Shown: positions 38,420 to 47,746, counted from the first letter of the stretch. The stretch: DNA of 64,000 nucleotides from an uncultured Gemmatimonadales bacterium (GCA_963707505.1 CAVPQB010000004.1:192001-256000); one strand, 5' to 3'. The notes: generated by a model not told the origin, from the sequence alone. Numbers and translations are program-made.

Positions 38420-38706
38420 CTAACGCTTCTCCGCCGAAGAGTCGAGCTCGAATACAGGAAGCTGCAACCCCCAGAGGATTGCCGCTAGACGTAGCCCGGC
38501 AATCAGCACCATTCCGGCGAACGAGGGGATGGGGCGCGGGACGCCCAGTGCCTCCAGCGCGACGCGAACCATGCCACCGGCGGATCTGTGATCGTGCCGA
38601 GCACGACGCAGCTCGCTGGCGGAAGCCCCGTCCGCTCGGCGATCTGCGCTCCGCTGACGGCGAACACCGACACGCCAACAAAGTCGAGTACTGCAGGTAG
38701 CGTCAC
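38420..38706 (-). pseudogene. Internally deleted TRIC/UPF0126 membrane protein remnant
   Basis: VLDFVGVSVFAVSGA|QIAERTGL...LGTIT, a frame change, then AGGMVR|VALEALGVP..LRLAAILWGLQLPVF*. About 95 codons, against roughly 200 for a typical family member. Confidence 0.7.
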
Positions 38707-38720
38707 GCGTTTCTCGCGCG

Positions 38721-39251
38721 CTACACCGCCATCCCGTACCGATCCTTTAGTATTCCGATGTGATGCGTGGCGTGGCCGGTGATGATGTACGCCAGAGCGC
38801 GTGCACTCACCGTGAATCCGCTGGCTGTCCCGGTTCGGAGCCACGCGTCGGTGTCGATCTCGTTCGCGAGCGCGAGCGTCGCCGCGCGAGTTGCGCGAAA
38901 CGAATCGACGAGAGTGCCGATCGATAGACGGTCGAAATGCGCGGCATCGACGTACGGCTGCTGATCGAAGCCGGGTAGCGGCGTCTGGTCGCCGCGCGCG
39001 ATGCGGAGCATGCGGCACGCGAAGATTCGCTCGGCGTCCGTGATGTGGCCGACGACTTCCTTCACGCTCCACTTATCCGGCGCATAGCGGTGCAGCGCCT
39101 GAGCGTCGCCAAGCGAGCGGAGTGCGTCCAGAGCCCCGAGCTGCGTGACGAGCGTCTCGAGCGCGTTCTGCCCCGCGACGGGCGCGATGTAGGTGTTGTA
39201 ATAGGGCGCGTATTCGTCGGCGCCGGGATGGGAGAGCACGTGAGTCGTCAT
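38721..39251 (-). CDS. DinB-family protein
   Basis: EYAPYY..YI, YAPDKWSVKEVVGH..D.ERIF..R and GHATHH motifs. Confidence 0.9.
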   Translation of the reverse strand: MTTHVLSHPGADEYAPYYNTYIAPVAGQNALETLVTQLGALDALRSLGDAQALHRYAPDKWSVKEVVGHITDAERIFACRMLRIARGDQTPLPGFDQQPYVDAAHFDRLSIGTLVDSFRATRAATLALANEIDTDAWLRTGTASGFTVSARALAYIITGHATHHIGILKDRYGMAV

Positions 39252-39283
39252 CAGTTCCGTGTCAGTTCCGTGTCAGTTCCGTT
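39251..39283. repeat. 11-bp x3 tandem repeat filling the RBS/intergenic region
   Basis: tcagttccgtg tcagttccgtg tcagttccgtt. Confidence 0.85.
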
Positions 39284-39286
39284 GGG

Positions 39287-39817
39287 TTACCAGGCTATCA
39301 GCGCCCCGACGCCATACGGCACCGCGGCCGTGCACGCCGGTGCGGTGCCGACGTAGCTCTGGTCCAAGGTAACGACTTCCGATCGCAGCGAGAAATGCAT
39401 CTCCCACACGCGCCCGCTCGCGAGGTAAGTACGCTCGCCAGCGGTGTAGTCCATCTCGAGCCGGACGCAGCAGATCCGGTCTTCGGAAATTCGCGCGTTG
39501 TCGAGCTGCGTGCGCAGCCAGAGCCGAAGACGGTCGACCAGCCCAATTGCGTCCACATCCGCATCGTTGAGCGTGCAGCGGCGCGCGAGGACGTCGAGAA
39601 CGAGCAGCCCGCCCTGCGGATGATTGAGCCGCACCTCGTTGGGGTAGCGCCGGTCCACCGTAACCATATTGCACAGTGAGTTGGCGACGGTCTGGAGCGC
39701 CCTGTGGCGCTGTTTGTCACGTTGGCGCCACGCGTTGCGTCCGAGCTCTGACATGAGCGCAAGCGGCGGCATGTAGTCGGTAAGGGCAGCAAGCCACAGC
39801 GTCGGCCTCGCGTTCAT
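39287..39817 (-). CDS. Hypothetical protein
   Basis: 176-aa ORF co-oriented with its neighbours; no recognised motif. Confidence 0.5.
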   Translation of the reverse strand: MNARPTLWLAALTDYMPPLALMSELGRNAWRQRDKQRHRALQTVANSLCNMVTVDRRYPNEVRLNHPQGGLLVLDVLARRCTLNDADVDAIGLVDRLRLWLRTQLDNARISEDRICCVRLEMDYTAGERTYLASGRVWEMHFSLRSEVVTLDQSYVGTAPACTAAVPYGVGALIAW

Positions 39818-39867
39818 ACAGCAATCCTGGTGACGACAGTCATTGGCACAATGGGGTAGCTCTGGAG

Positions 39868-40140
39868 CTATCGTAGAAAACGGTCTGCCAGCTGCACCAG
39901 ACGGTCGTCGTTTGCGCCTTCCGCTCTGTCGCGAATCCGGCGAACGTGCTCGTGCAACCTGCGCTCACCCCAGTAGTATCCCGTCGCTTCCTCGGCGCTC
40001 GCAGTCTCGCCGGCTCGCGCCGCTTCGAGTAGAGCGGCTGCGGCAGCTGCGTCGAACGTGGGATCGTCGCGCTCGGGAAGCGCATAGTTGCGGCGCGGTA
40101 CGGTTCCACCTGCATCTTCGTTGACAAATGCTCGCGACAA
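39868..40140 (-). CDS. Small protein with MSRAFVNED N-terminus (motif also seen in some GreA/GreB-like proteins)
   Basis: 90 aa, TTG start; the Gre C-terminal domain is not evident. Confidence 0.6.
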   Translation of the reverse strand: MSRAFVNEDAGGTVPRRNYALPERDDPTFDAAAAAALLEAARAGETASAEEATGYYWGERRLHEHVRRIRDRAEGANDDRLVQLADRFLR

Positions 40141-40285
40141 GTCGGGCCGGCTCGGGTTGGGCTGGGTTGAAAACGTCCGTATTGCAAGATCGGTACTAGA
40201 GACGGCCGGAAGGCGCGGTGGGAAGCTGGTACACGGGCCATCATCCCCGGCGAATGTCGTCGTCCCGCCGAAGGCTCCGTCGCGT

Positions 40286-41020
40286 CTAATTCTTCAGGAA
40301 ATAATCCACGGTCGAAACCACGCGGACCGTTTTCGCGACCTGGCTCTCCTCAGTGATCCCCTGGGCCTGATCGCGCGGGAGGATCTCGAACACTCCCTGA
40401 CTCGCCTGGCGAATGCCACCGAGGTCGCTCTTGGAGTCGGTGGCGAACCTGGCGGCGGCTTCGCGGGCTCGCGCCGTGGCCTCGCCGATCATCACCGGCT
40501 TGAGCTTGTTGAGACCGGTGAAGACAAAGGTCGGGCCACCGTTTCCATACTCGCCGCCCGATGACAGGACCACGCCCGAATTGACCAACTCTGCCACGTG
40601 CTGGCTCGCTGCGAGAACAGTCGTCGGGTCGTTCGAGCGAACGACGATCGTTTGATGGATTACGTAGCGCGTCGGCGCGCGATCGCTTCCACCGTACTGA
40701 TTGGTGAATGCGTCCGAAACCTGGAAATTCGCGAGCGTGGCCTGCGTGGTGTCGATCTTTTGCGCGGCGAGAAACTGCATGATCTTCTGAACGCTCGTCT
40801 GAAGCTTGGCATGCGCGACTGTCAGATCGTTATCGGCAGATACCACTCGCAATGGCCAGATCGCGAGGTCGGCCTGGACGTCGCGCTCCGCAACGCCCTT
40901 CACTGTCACGAACCGGTCGGCGGAGCGACCGCGCGCGAAGCCGTTTCCGATCAGGAGGCCGCCGATCGCTACTCCGAGTGCCAGGAGGATGGCGGGTACT
41001 GTTGACTGCTCCATCTTCAT
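40286..41020 (-). CDS. SIMPL/DUF541 domain protein
   Basis: N-terminal TM; VTVKGVAERDVQAD, LGGIRQASQG.F.I and KTVRVVSTVDY motifs. Confidence 0.9.
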   Translation of the reverse strand: MKMEQSTVPAILLALGVAIGGLLIGNGFARGRSADRFVTVKGVAERDVQADLAIWPLRVVSADNDLTVAHAKLQTSVQKIMQFLAAQKIDTTQATLANFQVSDAFTNQYGGSDRAPTRYVIHQTIVVRSNDPTTVLAASQHVAELVNSGVVLSSGGEYGNGGPTFVFTGLNKLKPVMIGEATARAREAAARFATDSKSDLGGIRQASQGVFEILPRDQAQGITEESQVAKTVRVVSTVDYFLKN

Positions 41021-41083
41021 CGCGTTTCTCTCGCTCCGTTATGAATGGAGGGCGCGGCCGCTGGCCGGCCCATTTACGAGCGG

Positions 41084-42472
41084 CTACCGCGCTCGCCCTT
41101 TGTTGCCACCGGGACGCCGCGGAGAACTTCCGGCTTTCGGCCGATTGGTGCCGGGCACTCCGGGCCGTGCCGGCTTGGAAGGCTGGCCCGACCGCCCTCC
41201 GGACTGTCCGGACTGTCCGGACTGACCAGCGCCACCCGTCGACCGACGCGCCGCCTTGGCAGCGGCGCGTGCGCGATCCTCGGCTTTTTTTGCGCGGATC
41301 GCTGCGATGCGCTCGCCGCGCGGTACCTCGAGCTTCTGCGCGGGGCGCGCGTCGTAATCGAAATCCGGTACGGTCACGCGCGGCAGCCGCTTGCCCACTG
41401 CCTTCTCGATCGTGCGAATGTCGCCTTCCTCGTCGGGTGCCACGAAGGTGAATGCTTCACCCGTCGCATCCGCGCGCCCGGTACGGCCGACTCTGTGGAT
41501 GTAATCTTCCGCAACCAACGGCACGTCGAAATTGACTACATGGCCCAGCTCTTCGACGTCGATCCCGCGCGCAGCGATGTCAGTCGCGACGAGCACCTTG
41601 TACGTCCCGTTCTTGAATCCGGCGAGTGCCGCCGTGCGTTGAGTCTGTGACCTGTTGCCATGAATGCGATCAGCCTTGACACCGTTTCTCACGAGAAAGT
41701 CCGCGAGGCGGTTGGCGCGATGCTTGGTGCGCGTGAACACCAGCGCCTGTTTCATCTCGCCACGGTTCAGCAGCGCCAAAAACAGCGGAGCCTTGAGCTC
41801 CTGCGAAACGGGATACACTGCCTGCGTGATTCCCGTTGGCGGCGCGGCGTTGCGCTCTATGCGCAGCATTGCAGGGTTGGTCAACATCTCGCGCGTGAGC
41901 GCCGCGATCGGAGGCGGCATCGTCGCGCTGAAGAACAGTGTCTGCCGCTTGGCCGGAAGGAGGCGCAGAAGCTTCCGGATCTCCGGAAGGAAGCCCATGT
42001 CAAGCATGCGATCGGCTTCGTCCAGGACCAGAAACTCGAGCCGGTCCAGCTTCGCGTACGGATGTCGCAGATGATCCAGCAGCCGCCCCGGAGTCGCAAC
42101 GAGCACGTCCACACCGCTCCGGAATGCGTGCTCCTGTGGCGACATGCCGACGCCGCCAAATATTGCTGCACTCGTTATCGGTGTATGAACGGCGATCTCA
42201 TTGAGATGCTCGGCGATCTGTGCCGCAAGTTCGCGCGTGGGCGTGACGATGAGTGCGCGCGTAGTTCCGCGCGGCCGCTCCATCAGCTTGTGAAGTATTG
42301 GAAGCAGGAACGCCGCCGTCTTTCCGCTTCCGGTCGCGGCGCACGCAAGCACATCGCGCCCCTCCATGGCCGGTGGTATGGCGTCCATCTGAATTGGCGT
42401 GGGACGAACGAAGCCCAGTTCCTTAAGGCCTTTGAGAAGATTGGGGTCGAGCTTGAAACTGCTAAATGACAC
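41084..42472 (-). CDS. DEAD-box RNA helicase (RhlE-like)
   Basis: PTPIQ, TGSGKT, PTRELA, TPGR, DEAD, SAT, ARGID and HRVGRTGR motifs; basic tail with GQS repeats. Confidence 0.95.
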   Translation of the reverse strand: MSFSSFKLDPNLLKGLKELGFVRPTPIQMDAIPPAMEGRDVLACAATGSGKTAAFLLPILHKLMERPRGTTRALIVTPTRELAAQIAEHLNEIAVHTPITSAAIFGGVGMSPQEHAFRSGVDVLVATPGRLLDHLRHPYAKLDRLEFLVLDEADRMLDMGFLPEIRKLLRLLPAKRQTLFFSATMPPPIAALTREMLTNPAMLRIERNAAPPTGITQAVYPVSQELKAPLFLALLNRGEMKQALVFTRTKHRANRLADFLVRNGVKADRIHGNRSQTQRTAALAGFKNGTYKVLVATDIAARGIDVEELGHVVNFDVPLVAEDYIHRVGRTGRADATGEAFTFVAPDEEGDIRTIEKAVGKRLPRVTVPDFDYDARPAQKLEVPRGERIAAIRAKKAEDRARAAAKAARRSTGGAGQSGQSGQSGGRSGQPSKPARPGVPGTNRPKAGSSPRRPGGNKGRAR

Positions 42473-42669
42473 GCGGAGTCCGTTTTTAGGGCAATCCTGA
42501 AAGTTAGTGGAATGATGGCCGATCGGGCTAAACGGGTGATTGAAGGCTCGCTGAGCGGCAACGATCGATGCCAGGTGGCTGTCCTCAGCGACCATACGTG
42601 ATTCTGCCGAATTGGCATCAAGACTGCTTTCTTGTAACTTCCAGTCATGACCACCAATCCAGCATGAAC

Positions 42670-43632
42670 ATGTCAGAGGCGGAGACGCTGGCCAAAGTAG
42701 AGGTGCTGGCGGATCTCGAGGAAGAGGTACGCCAGCTCATGGTGGCTCATGAGTCCAAGCGGATACTCTGGTTTCCGAGTGAGCTGCTTTCTGCGGCCCC
42801 CGACACGGACCCGGACAAGCACGTCCGGGATCTCCGGCGCCGGGCCGAGGGGATCAGTACTCCAGCGCGGGTCGCGCTGGCCCTCAATCTTCTCACTGAA
42901 GAGGGGCTCCCGCACTTCCATCGTCTGCTCGCCGCGTACCTCGGCGGCGATACATTCTGGTCCAAGTGGACCAATCTGTGGACCGCTGAAGAAGATCGAC
43001 ACGGCGCAGTACTTCATGACTATTCGCGCGACAGCCTGGTGCTGAACAATCCTGTGCTCGAGAAGATGCAGTTCGAGTATCTCAAGTCCGGCTTCGAGCC
43101 AACGTGGGACAAGGATCCGTATCGCGTTTTCGTGTACACCACGCTCCAGGAGCGGGCAACACAGGTCAGTCACGCCAATACCGGCAAGCTGGCAAGCGAA
43201 TACGAGCCGATGATCGGCACCGTGCTGGCAAACGTGGCGAAGGAGGAAGCTCGTCACTACGTGTTTTACCGCAACGTCTTTCAGGAAGTGCTCGTCCGCG
43301 ACCCCAATCGTGCGCTCGAGTCGGCCGCGTCGATCATGCCGTCCATCGACATGCCGGGAGTGAACATGCCTCACTTCCGCGAGATGGCGGACGTGATTCG
43401 GCGAGCCGGCATCTACGGACCGCGTGATTATCTCAGGATCGTGGAAGAGCAGATCCGCTACTGGGCCATCGACGCGATCGAAGGGCTCAACGATATGGGG
43501 AAAAAGGCGCAGGAGAAGATCATGTCGATCCCCGCCCGCCTCGAACGTGTCGCCGACGCGATGGAAACGCGCAGCCGCGCGAAGACGTTCGCATTCGCCG
43601 TCGCCTTTGCACGCGAATTCGAGATGGAGTAA
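42670..43632 (+). CDS. Soluble di-iron acyl-ACP desaturase
   Basis: LLTEEGLP, WTAEEDRHG, QERATQVSH and EEARH motifs. Confidence 0.9.
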   Translation: MSEAETLAKVEVLADLEEEVRQLMVAHESKRILWFPSELLSAAPDTDPDKHVRDLRRRAEGISTPARVALALNLLTEEGLPHFHRLLAAYLGGDTFWSKWTNLWTAEEDRHGAVLHDYSRDSLVLNNPVLEKMQFEYLKSGFEPTWDKDPYRVFVYTTLQERATQVSHANTGKLASEYEPMIGTVLANVAKEEARHYVFYRNVFQEVLVRDPNRALESAASIMPSIDMPGVNMPHFREMADVIRRAGIYGPRDYLRIVEEQIRYWAIDAIEGLNDMGKKAQEKIMSIPARLERVADAMETRSRAKTFAFAVAFAREFEME

Positions 43633-43641
43633 CGCGCCGGC

Positions 43642-45771
43642 TCAGCGCTGACGCATGACTACAATCGAATATGGTGGCAACGTCAGCGTCTCACCGGCGC
43701 TGACGTTCATTTTTAGCGGCCCGGTATTCGGCTTCGCGAATCCGTTAGCGCCATTCGGGTGCCACTTGTACTCTGCGCCAGACAGTCGCCATACGTCGAA
43801 TGTCGCGTGTGCGTCGCCGACTCCGCGAACATCGGCGGTCCAGGAATTTGCGGGATCGCGATTCGCGATCAGCACCGCGATCCTTCCATCAGGCCGACGC
43901 AACGTGTATGAACCGATCGGAGGCGCAATGCCGGACGCCGCCGTCACCTTTGTCGCAAGCATGCTGTGTGGACCGCCAGCCGAGTCGGCCCAGAGCGTCG
44001 TGAGCATGTGCGCCGCGTGGTACGTCGAGTTCTTCGCGAGAATGTGACGGTCGTCGTCCGCGACGAAGAGCGTGTTGTCGCCCCAGCTATCACATGCGGC
44101 ATCGCGATCGAGACTGCTTGGCTCTGTTCCATAGAAGAATGCCTCTGAGCCTCCCTCAGCGAGGAACTCGGCGACCGCTACCGTATTGAGAATGGCACCA
44201 GCGCGATTCATCTCGGACGCCGTCGAGAACGGCGAATAGCCATACTCGGTCATCAACAACGGAACGCTTTTAGGCACGCCATCGCTGCGAAACTGCGCGA
44301 CAGCGTTGCGTATCTTTCGGGCCACCTCCGCGAGCTGCAGCGCGCTTCCGGAGCACGCGTCATCGAATGGATAGAACTCGAACGAAACGAAGCCGAGGTC
44401 GCGCCCATGGCCGCGCGCCGCGAGAGCCGTGACGAAACGAGCCAGCCATGAACGCTCATCCGAGTCGCTTTCCTTCCACGCCATCATGACCTTGGTGCGT
44501 GCATCCTGCAGCGACGGACCGCCGAGTATGATATCGGCATCGACGGCACGGAGTGAGTCGGCAACCTGTGCGTAGAGTGCGGCAAAGTCGAGCGGTGATG
44601 CGAACTGACCGTCTGGTTCCTCGCCCAGCTCTATGCGCGGGATAGGATAGTGTCGCTTGCGCACATAGCGAAGCAGCGCAGCTGCATTCGCCGGTGTGTC
44701 GTACAGCACGCCGACAGGAGTGAGCATTGGTAATCCGCGCGTGATCCCGCTCGCAAACACGAGATCGATGCCAGGCTGCTCAGTCCCTTCATCCCGATCA
44801 ATTTCGCGATGCCACGGATCCGTGCTGGAAACGTACGTGCGGCTCTGGCCGCCTGGATTCGGAGCGTGTCGAGTAACTTCGCGGAAGCTTCCGTTTTCGA
44901 TTCGACCCAGAGAGATCTCACGAATCGCAAAGCCCAGCCCATCGCGCACATCGCTCGAGCTGGCCGCTGCGCGGCCCGAGCTCGTGCGCAGCAGAATCCG
45001 GATCCAGCGTGTGCTGATGGAACGCCTCGCCAGGCTGAGCGTTACGTCACCACCGTTGCTGCTTCGTATTGATCCGTTGGAGAACGTGCGCCATCCGGTG
45101 TCATCGGCATTGTCATCCGGACCTTTAGGCTGCTCGCCTTCCCAGTACTGCACGTCGTAGCTCGTTGCGTACGGCGTTCCCCACATTATTCGCACCGCGT
45201 CGATCGGTTCATTGTGCTCGAGATCGACGATCGCCCACTGCGGATGGCTGTTGCTCGGTTCGTGAGTGTAGCGCGAATCCAGATATGGGTTGCTTTTCCA
45301 GAATGATGTGGTATCGCCGTCGGTCAGGCGCGAATAGCCCTCGTCGTTGGCCTGATCGATCGTATTGCCGCGTCGAGGCAATACGTAGCCGTACGACACC
45401 GTTATCCGGGATCCGATCGTATCGGCTGATGTCCAGTAGCCCTGTCGACGGGCCGGATCGCTCCAGTGCCCGCGCGGATTCCAGTGCCAGGCTTCGATGC
45501 CAAGCTCGGTGCGCAGACGGTACGATATCGGATGAAAGTTCACCGACTTCATCGCCGACACATTCGCTCGCGTGAAGATGTAGCGCGTCGCGTCCTCGCC
45601 GTGTCCGTCGATGGTCGAGCCGAGCGCTGTTATGGGATCGAAAGCGGCGATCGAATCACGAGGATCGATGGTGATCGTGACGCGGTGCTGCTGTGCGGGT
45701 AGCGGTGATGCGCACAGTATCGACAGTAGCAACAGTGGGTTGGTGAACGTCGCGGCGCCCCGATCCGTCAT
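43642..45771 (-). CDS. Secreted glycoside-hydrolase-like protein with F5/8-type C (discoidin) domain insert
   Basis: Signal-like N-terminus; LTDGD..SFW..QWAIVDL..VRIMW..YATSY discoidin motif; ELGEEPDG and MTEYG resemble clan GH-A catalytic motifs. Confidence 0.7.
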   Translation of the reverse strand: MTDRGAATFTNPLLLLSILCASPLPAQQHRVTITIDPRDSIAAFDPITALGSTIDGHGEDATRYIFTRANVSAMKSVNFHPISYRLRTELGIEAWHWNPRGHWSDPARRQGYWTSADTIGSRITVSYGYVLPRRGNTIDQANDEGYSRLTDGDTTSFWKSNPYLDSRYTHEPSNSHPQWAIVDLEHNEPIDAVRIMWGTPYATSYDVQYWEGEQPKGPDDNADDTGWRTFSNGSIRSSNGGDVTLSLARRSISTRWIRILLRTSSGRAAASSSDVRDGLGFAIREISLGRIENGSFREVTRHAPNPGGQSRTYVSSTDPWHREIDRDEGTEQPGIDLVFASGITRGLPMLTPVGVLYDTPANAAALLRYVRKRHYPIPRIELGEEPDGQFASPLDFAALYAQVADSLRAVDADIILGGPSLQDARTKVMMAWKESDSDERSWLARFVTALAARGHGRDLGFVSFEFYPFDDACSGSALQLAEVARKIRNAVAQFRSDGVPKSVPLLMTEYGYSPFSTASEMNRAGAILNTVAVAEFLAEGGSEAFFYGTEPSSLDRDAACDSWGDNTLFVADDDRHILAKNSTYHAAHMLTTLWADSAGGPHSMLATKVTAASGIAPPIGSYTLRRPDGRIAVLIANRDPANSWTADVRGVGDAHATFDVWRLSGAEYKWHPNGANGFAKPNTGPLKMNVSAGETLTLPPYSIVVMRQR

Positions 45772-45902
45772 CGGCACGAAAACGGGAATCCATCCGATCG
45801 TCATCCCCGCGAAAGCGGGGATCCATTTGTTGCCGACCCGCGTCCCACGGCCATTGCACTCCGAGATTGATGACATGGATTCCCGCTTTCGCGGGAATGA
45901 CG
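45766..45902. repeat. REP cluster / REPIN-like element (2 direct copies + 1 inverted copy)
   Basis: cgtcatcggcacgaaaacgggaatcca; cgtcatccccgcgaaagcggggatcca; tggattcccgctttcgcgggaatgacg. Translates as WIPAFAGMT. Confidence 0.9.
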
Positions 45903-45915
45903 ACTTACAAACGGC

Positions 45916-46503
45916 CTACTTCTCCACCGCTTGCAGGCCGGTAATAACATCCGCGGTGCTGCGCACTCTGCCGATCGTCGGGAAGAAACGACGAACCGGA
46001 AACTCGTGAAGGTCCACCTCACGCGCGGCCATTGCATCCTCGACGAATATCTGATCGTAACCGCGCTCCTGCGCAGCGCGCGCTGTGGACTCGACACCAA
46101 TATTGGTGGAGATTCCGCCCAGTATGATGGTACGAATGCCGCGGCGCGAAAGGTGAATTTCGAGATCGGTCGCGAAGAATGCGTTCGGCTGATGCTTTGT
46201 TACGATGACGTCGCGCTCGCCTGCACCAAGCTCAGGTACGAGATCCGACCAGCCTGCTGACGCGTTGAACGCCGGCCGTGGCACGTCGGAGTTGACGCGC
46301 GGAAAGAGTATACCATCCGGGCCAACGTCCACGCGCACGAAAATCACGAGCACGCCCGCATCGCGACACGCCTGCGCCAACCTGGCCCCGTTCTGCACGA
46401 CGACCGACGCTGCGTGTGGAACCGTGGTGCCGCCGGCGATCCCGCGCTGGAGATCGATGAGGACGAGCGCTGTCGTCGTCGGAGTTATCGATATGGGAGT
46501 CAT
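45916..46503 (-). CDS. Isochorismatase/cysteine hydrolase family protein
   Basis: ALVLIDLQ, TKHQPNAF, GISTNIGVESTAR and EDAM motifs. Confidence 0.9.
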   Translation of the reverse strand: MTPISITPTTTALVLIDLQRGIAGGTTVPHAASVVVQNGARLAQACRDAGVLVIFVRVDVGPDGILFPRVNSDVPRPAFNASAGWSDLVPELGAGERDVIVTKHQPNAFFATDLEIHLSRRGIRTIILGGISTNIGVESTARAAQERGYDQIFVEDAMAAREVDLHEFPVRRFFPTIGRVRSTADVITGLQAVEK

Positions 46504-46515
46504 GCTACGCACATC

Positions 46516-47106
46516 CTATGCACATCCCTCCACCCACTGGACCTGTGGCAGCTGGCCAGCTCTGTAAGATGTGACGCGAGCTCCATCCGTCTCGAAGATC
46601 AAACGGAAATTGCTGTCAGTTGGCGGTACGGGAGACACAACGAGATAATGACCGTTCGGCAGGTATTTGTGTGGCTCGACTGAAACGCGCGACCCGTACA
46701 GCGCCTTGACGCGCGCTTCCGAGTCGCCGACACGCACCCCGAGTCCCGTCGGCACCGTGCTCGAATCGACCTCGATGCGCGCGACGGTTCCACCGGTGAC
46801 CATTATTCGCATGCCTTGCGGTGCGGTGCTGAAATGGACGTACGCGCATGCCGTATCGAGACCAACCGTAGATGGAGCAGGTGAGCCGAGTGCGTTTGCG
46901 GCGGCAGCGACGGTCATTCCGATTCGGAGTGGACCGTAGCCCGTTGCAGTTACCGTGATGGCGGTGTCGGCCGCTGCGGTGTCGGCGCGACGTTGTGCGA
47001 CCGAATCCGATCTGGCTGTCCCCGAATCAGGTTTCTGAGACGACTCGAAGCGCGAGCACCCGCCCAGCGCGGCGAGTGCCGCGATCCCGAGTATGAATCT
47101 GCTCAT
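46516..47106 (-). CDS. Hypothetical lipoprotein
   Basis: LGGC lipobox; GPLRIGMT, GVRVGDS and terminal VEGCA motifs. Confidence 0.75.
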   Translation of the reverse strand: MSRFILGIAALAALGGCSRFESSQKPDSGTARSDSVAQRRADTAAADTAITVTATGYGPLRIGMTVAAAANALGSPAPSTVGLDTACAYVHFSTAPQGMRIMVTGGTVARIEVDSSTVPTGLGVRVGDSEARVKALYGSRVSVEPHKYLPNGHYLVVSPVPPTDSNFRLIFETDGARVTSYRAGQLPQVQWVEGCA

Positions 47107-47119
47107 GACTTCAGCACTA

Positions 47120-47746
47120 TCACGTCAACCGCCGCGGTGCGCGATGCGCGAGCCGCACGGAGCTCGGCAGCTCGGCTTCGATCTGAACCGAGCCCAAAAC
47201 AGCACGTCCGCTGATGCGCACCACGCGATCGGCATCGGTGGGATAGCCTGCGATCATCGCCGCCTTGCAGTCAAAATTGCCGAGTAGAGCGTCGCCGGCG
47301 CATTCGACGCGGATGCCCAGCGGAAGCGTCAGCTCGACGTTGCCCAACACGGCCGATATCCGAATCTCCGTAACGCCGGATGCGAAGGTGGCGTCCGTCA
47401 TGTCCATCTCCACGTTACCGAAGATGGAGGCGATCTCGAGTTCGCGCGGGATGGTCATCGGGCCGTTGCGCTCGTAATTGCTGAATTTCGCCGAGATTCT
47501 TCCGTGCTCCGGAACGGCTGGCAGCGTCGTTGCCGGCGCAAGGTCGGCCACCAGATCGGCGAGTTCGGTTGCCGTCCTCGTCTGATACGCCACAGCCACG
47601 CGGCGCTCGAACTCATCCAACGAGAGATGGTCGTCGGCGAATCGCAGCTGCAGCAGATCCACCACCCGCTCACGCTCGCTCAGCGTCGGGCCGGTACCAG
47701 GGGCGGCGATTGCCGCTCCGTTCGATGAAGGAGGAGAGCCAGTCAT
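47120..47746 (-). CDS. DUF1707 (SHOCT-like) + LiaF-like beta domain protein
   Basis: ERERVVDLL..FADDHLSLDEFERRV..A.T..EL..LVADL; FGNVEMD and LGNVEL repeats. Confidence 0.8.
   Translation of the reverse strand: MTGSPPSSNGAAIAAPGTGPTLSERERVVDLLQLRFADDHLSLDEFERRVAVAYQTRTATELADLVADLAPATTLPAVPEHGRISAKFSNYERNGPMTIPRELEIASIFGNVEMDMTDATFASGVTEIRISAVLGNVELTLPLGIRVECAGDALLGNFDCKAAMIAGYPTDADRVVRISGRAVLGSVQIEAELPSSVRLAHRAPRRLT

Noticed and set aside
41198..41227. 9-bp repeat in the helicase gene as a phase-variation tract
   Set aside because: The unit is a multiple of 3 and encodes GQS in a disordered tail, so it cannot shift the frame.
45772..45876. N-terminal extension of ORF 43642-45876 (WIPAFAGMT)
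   Set aside because: It is a translation of REP DNA, not a real protein segment.
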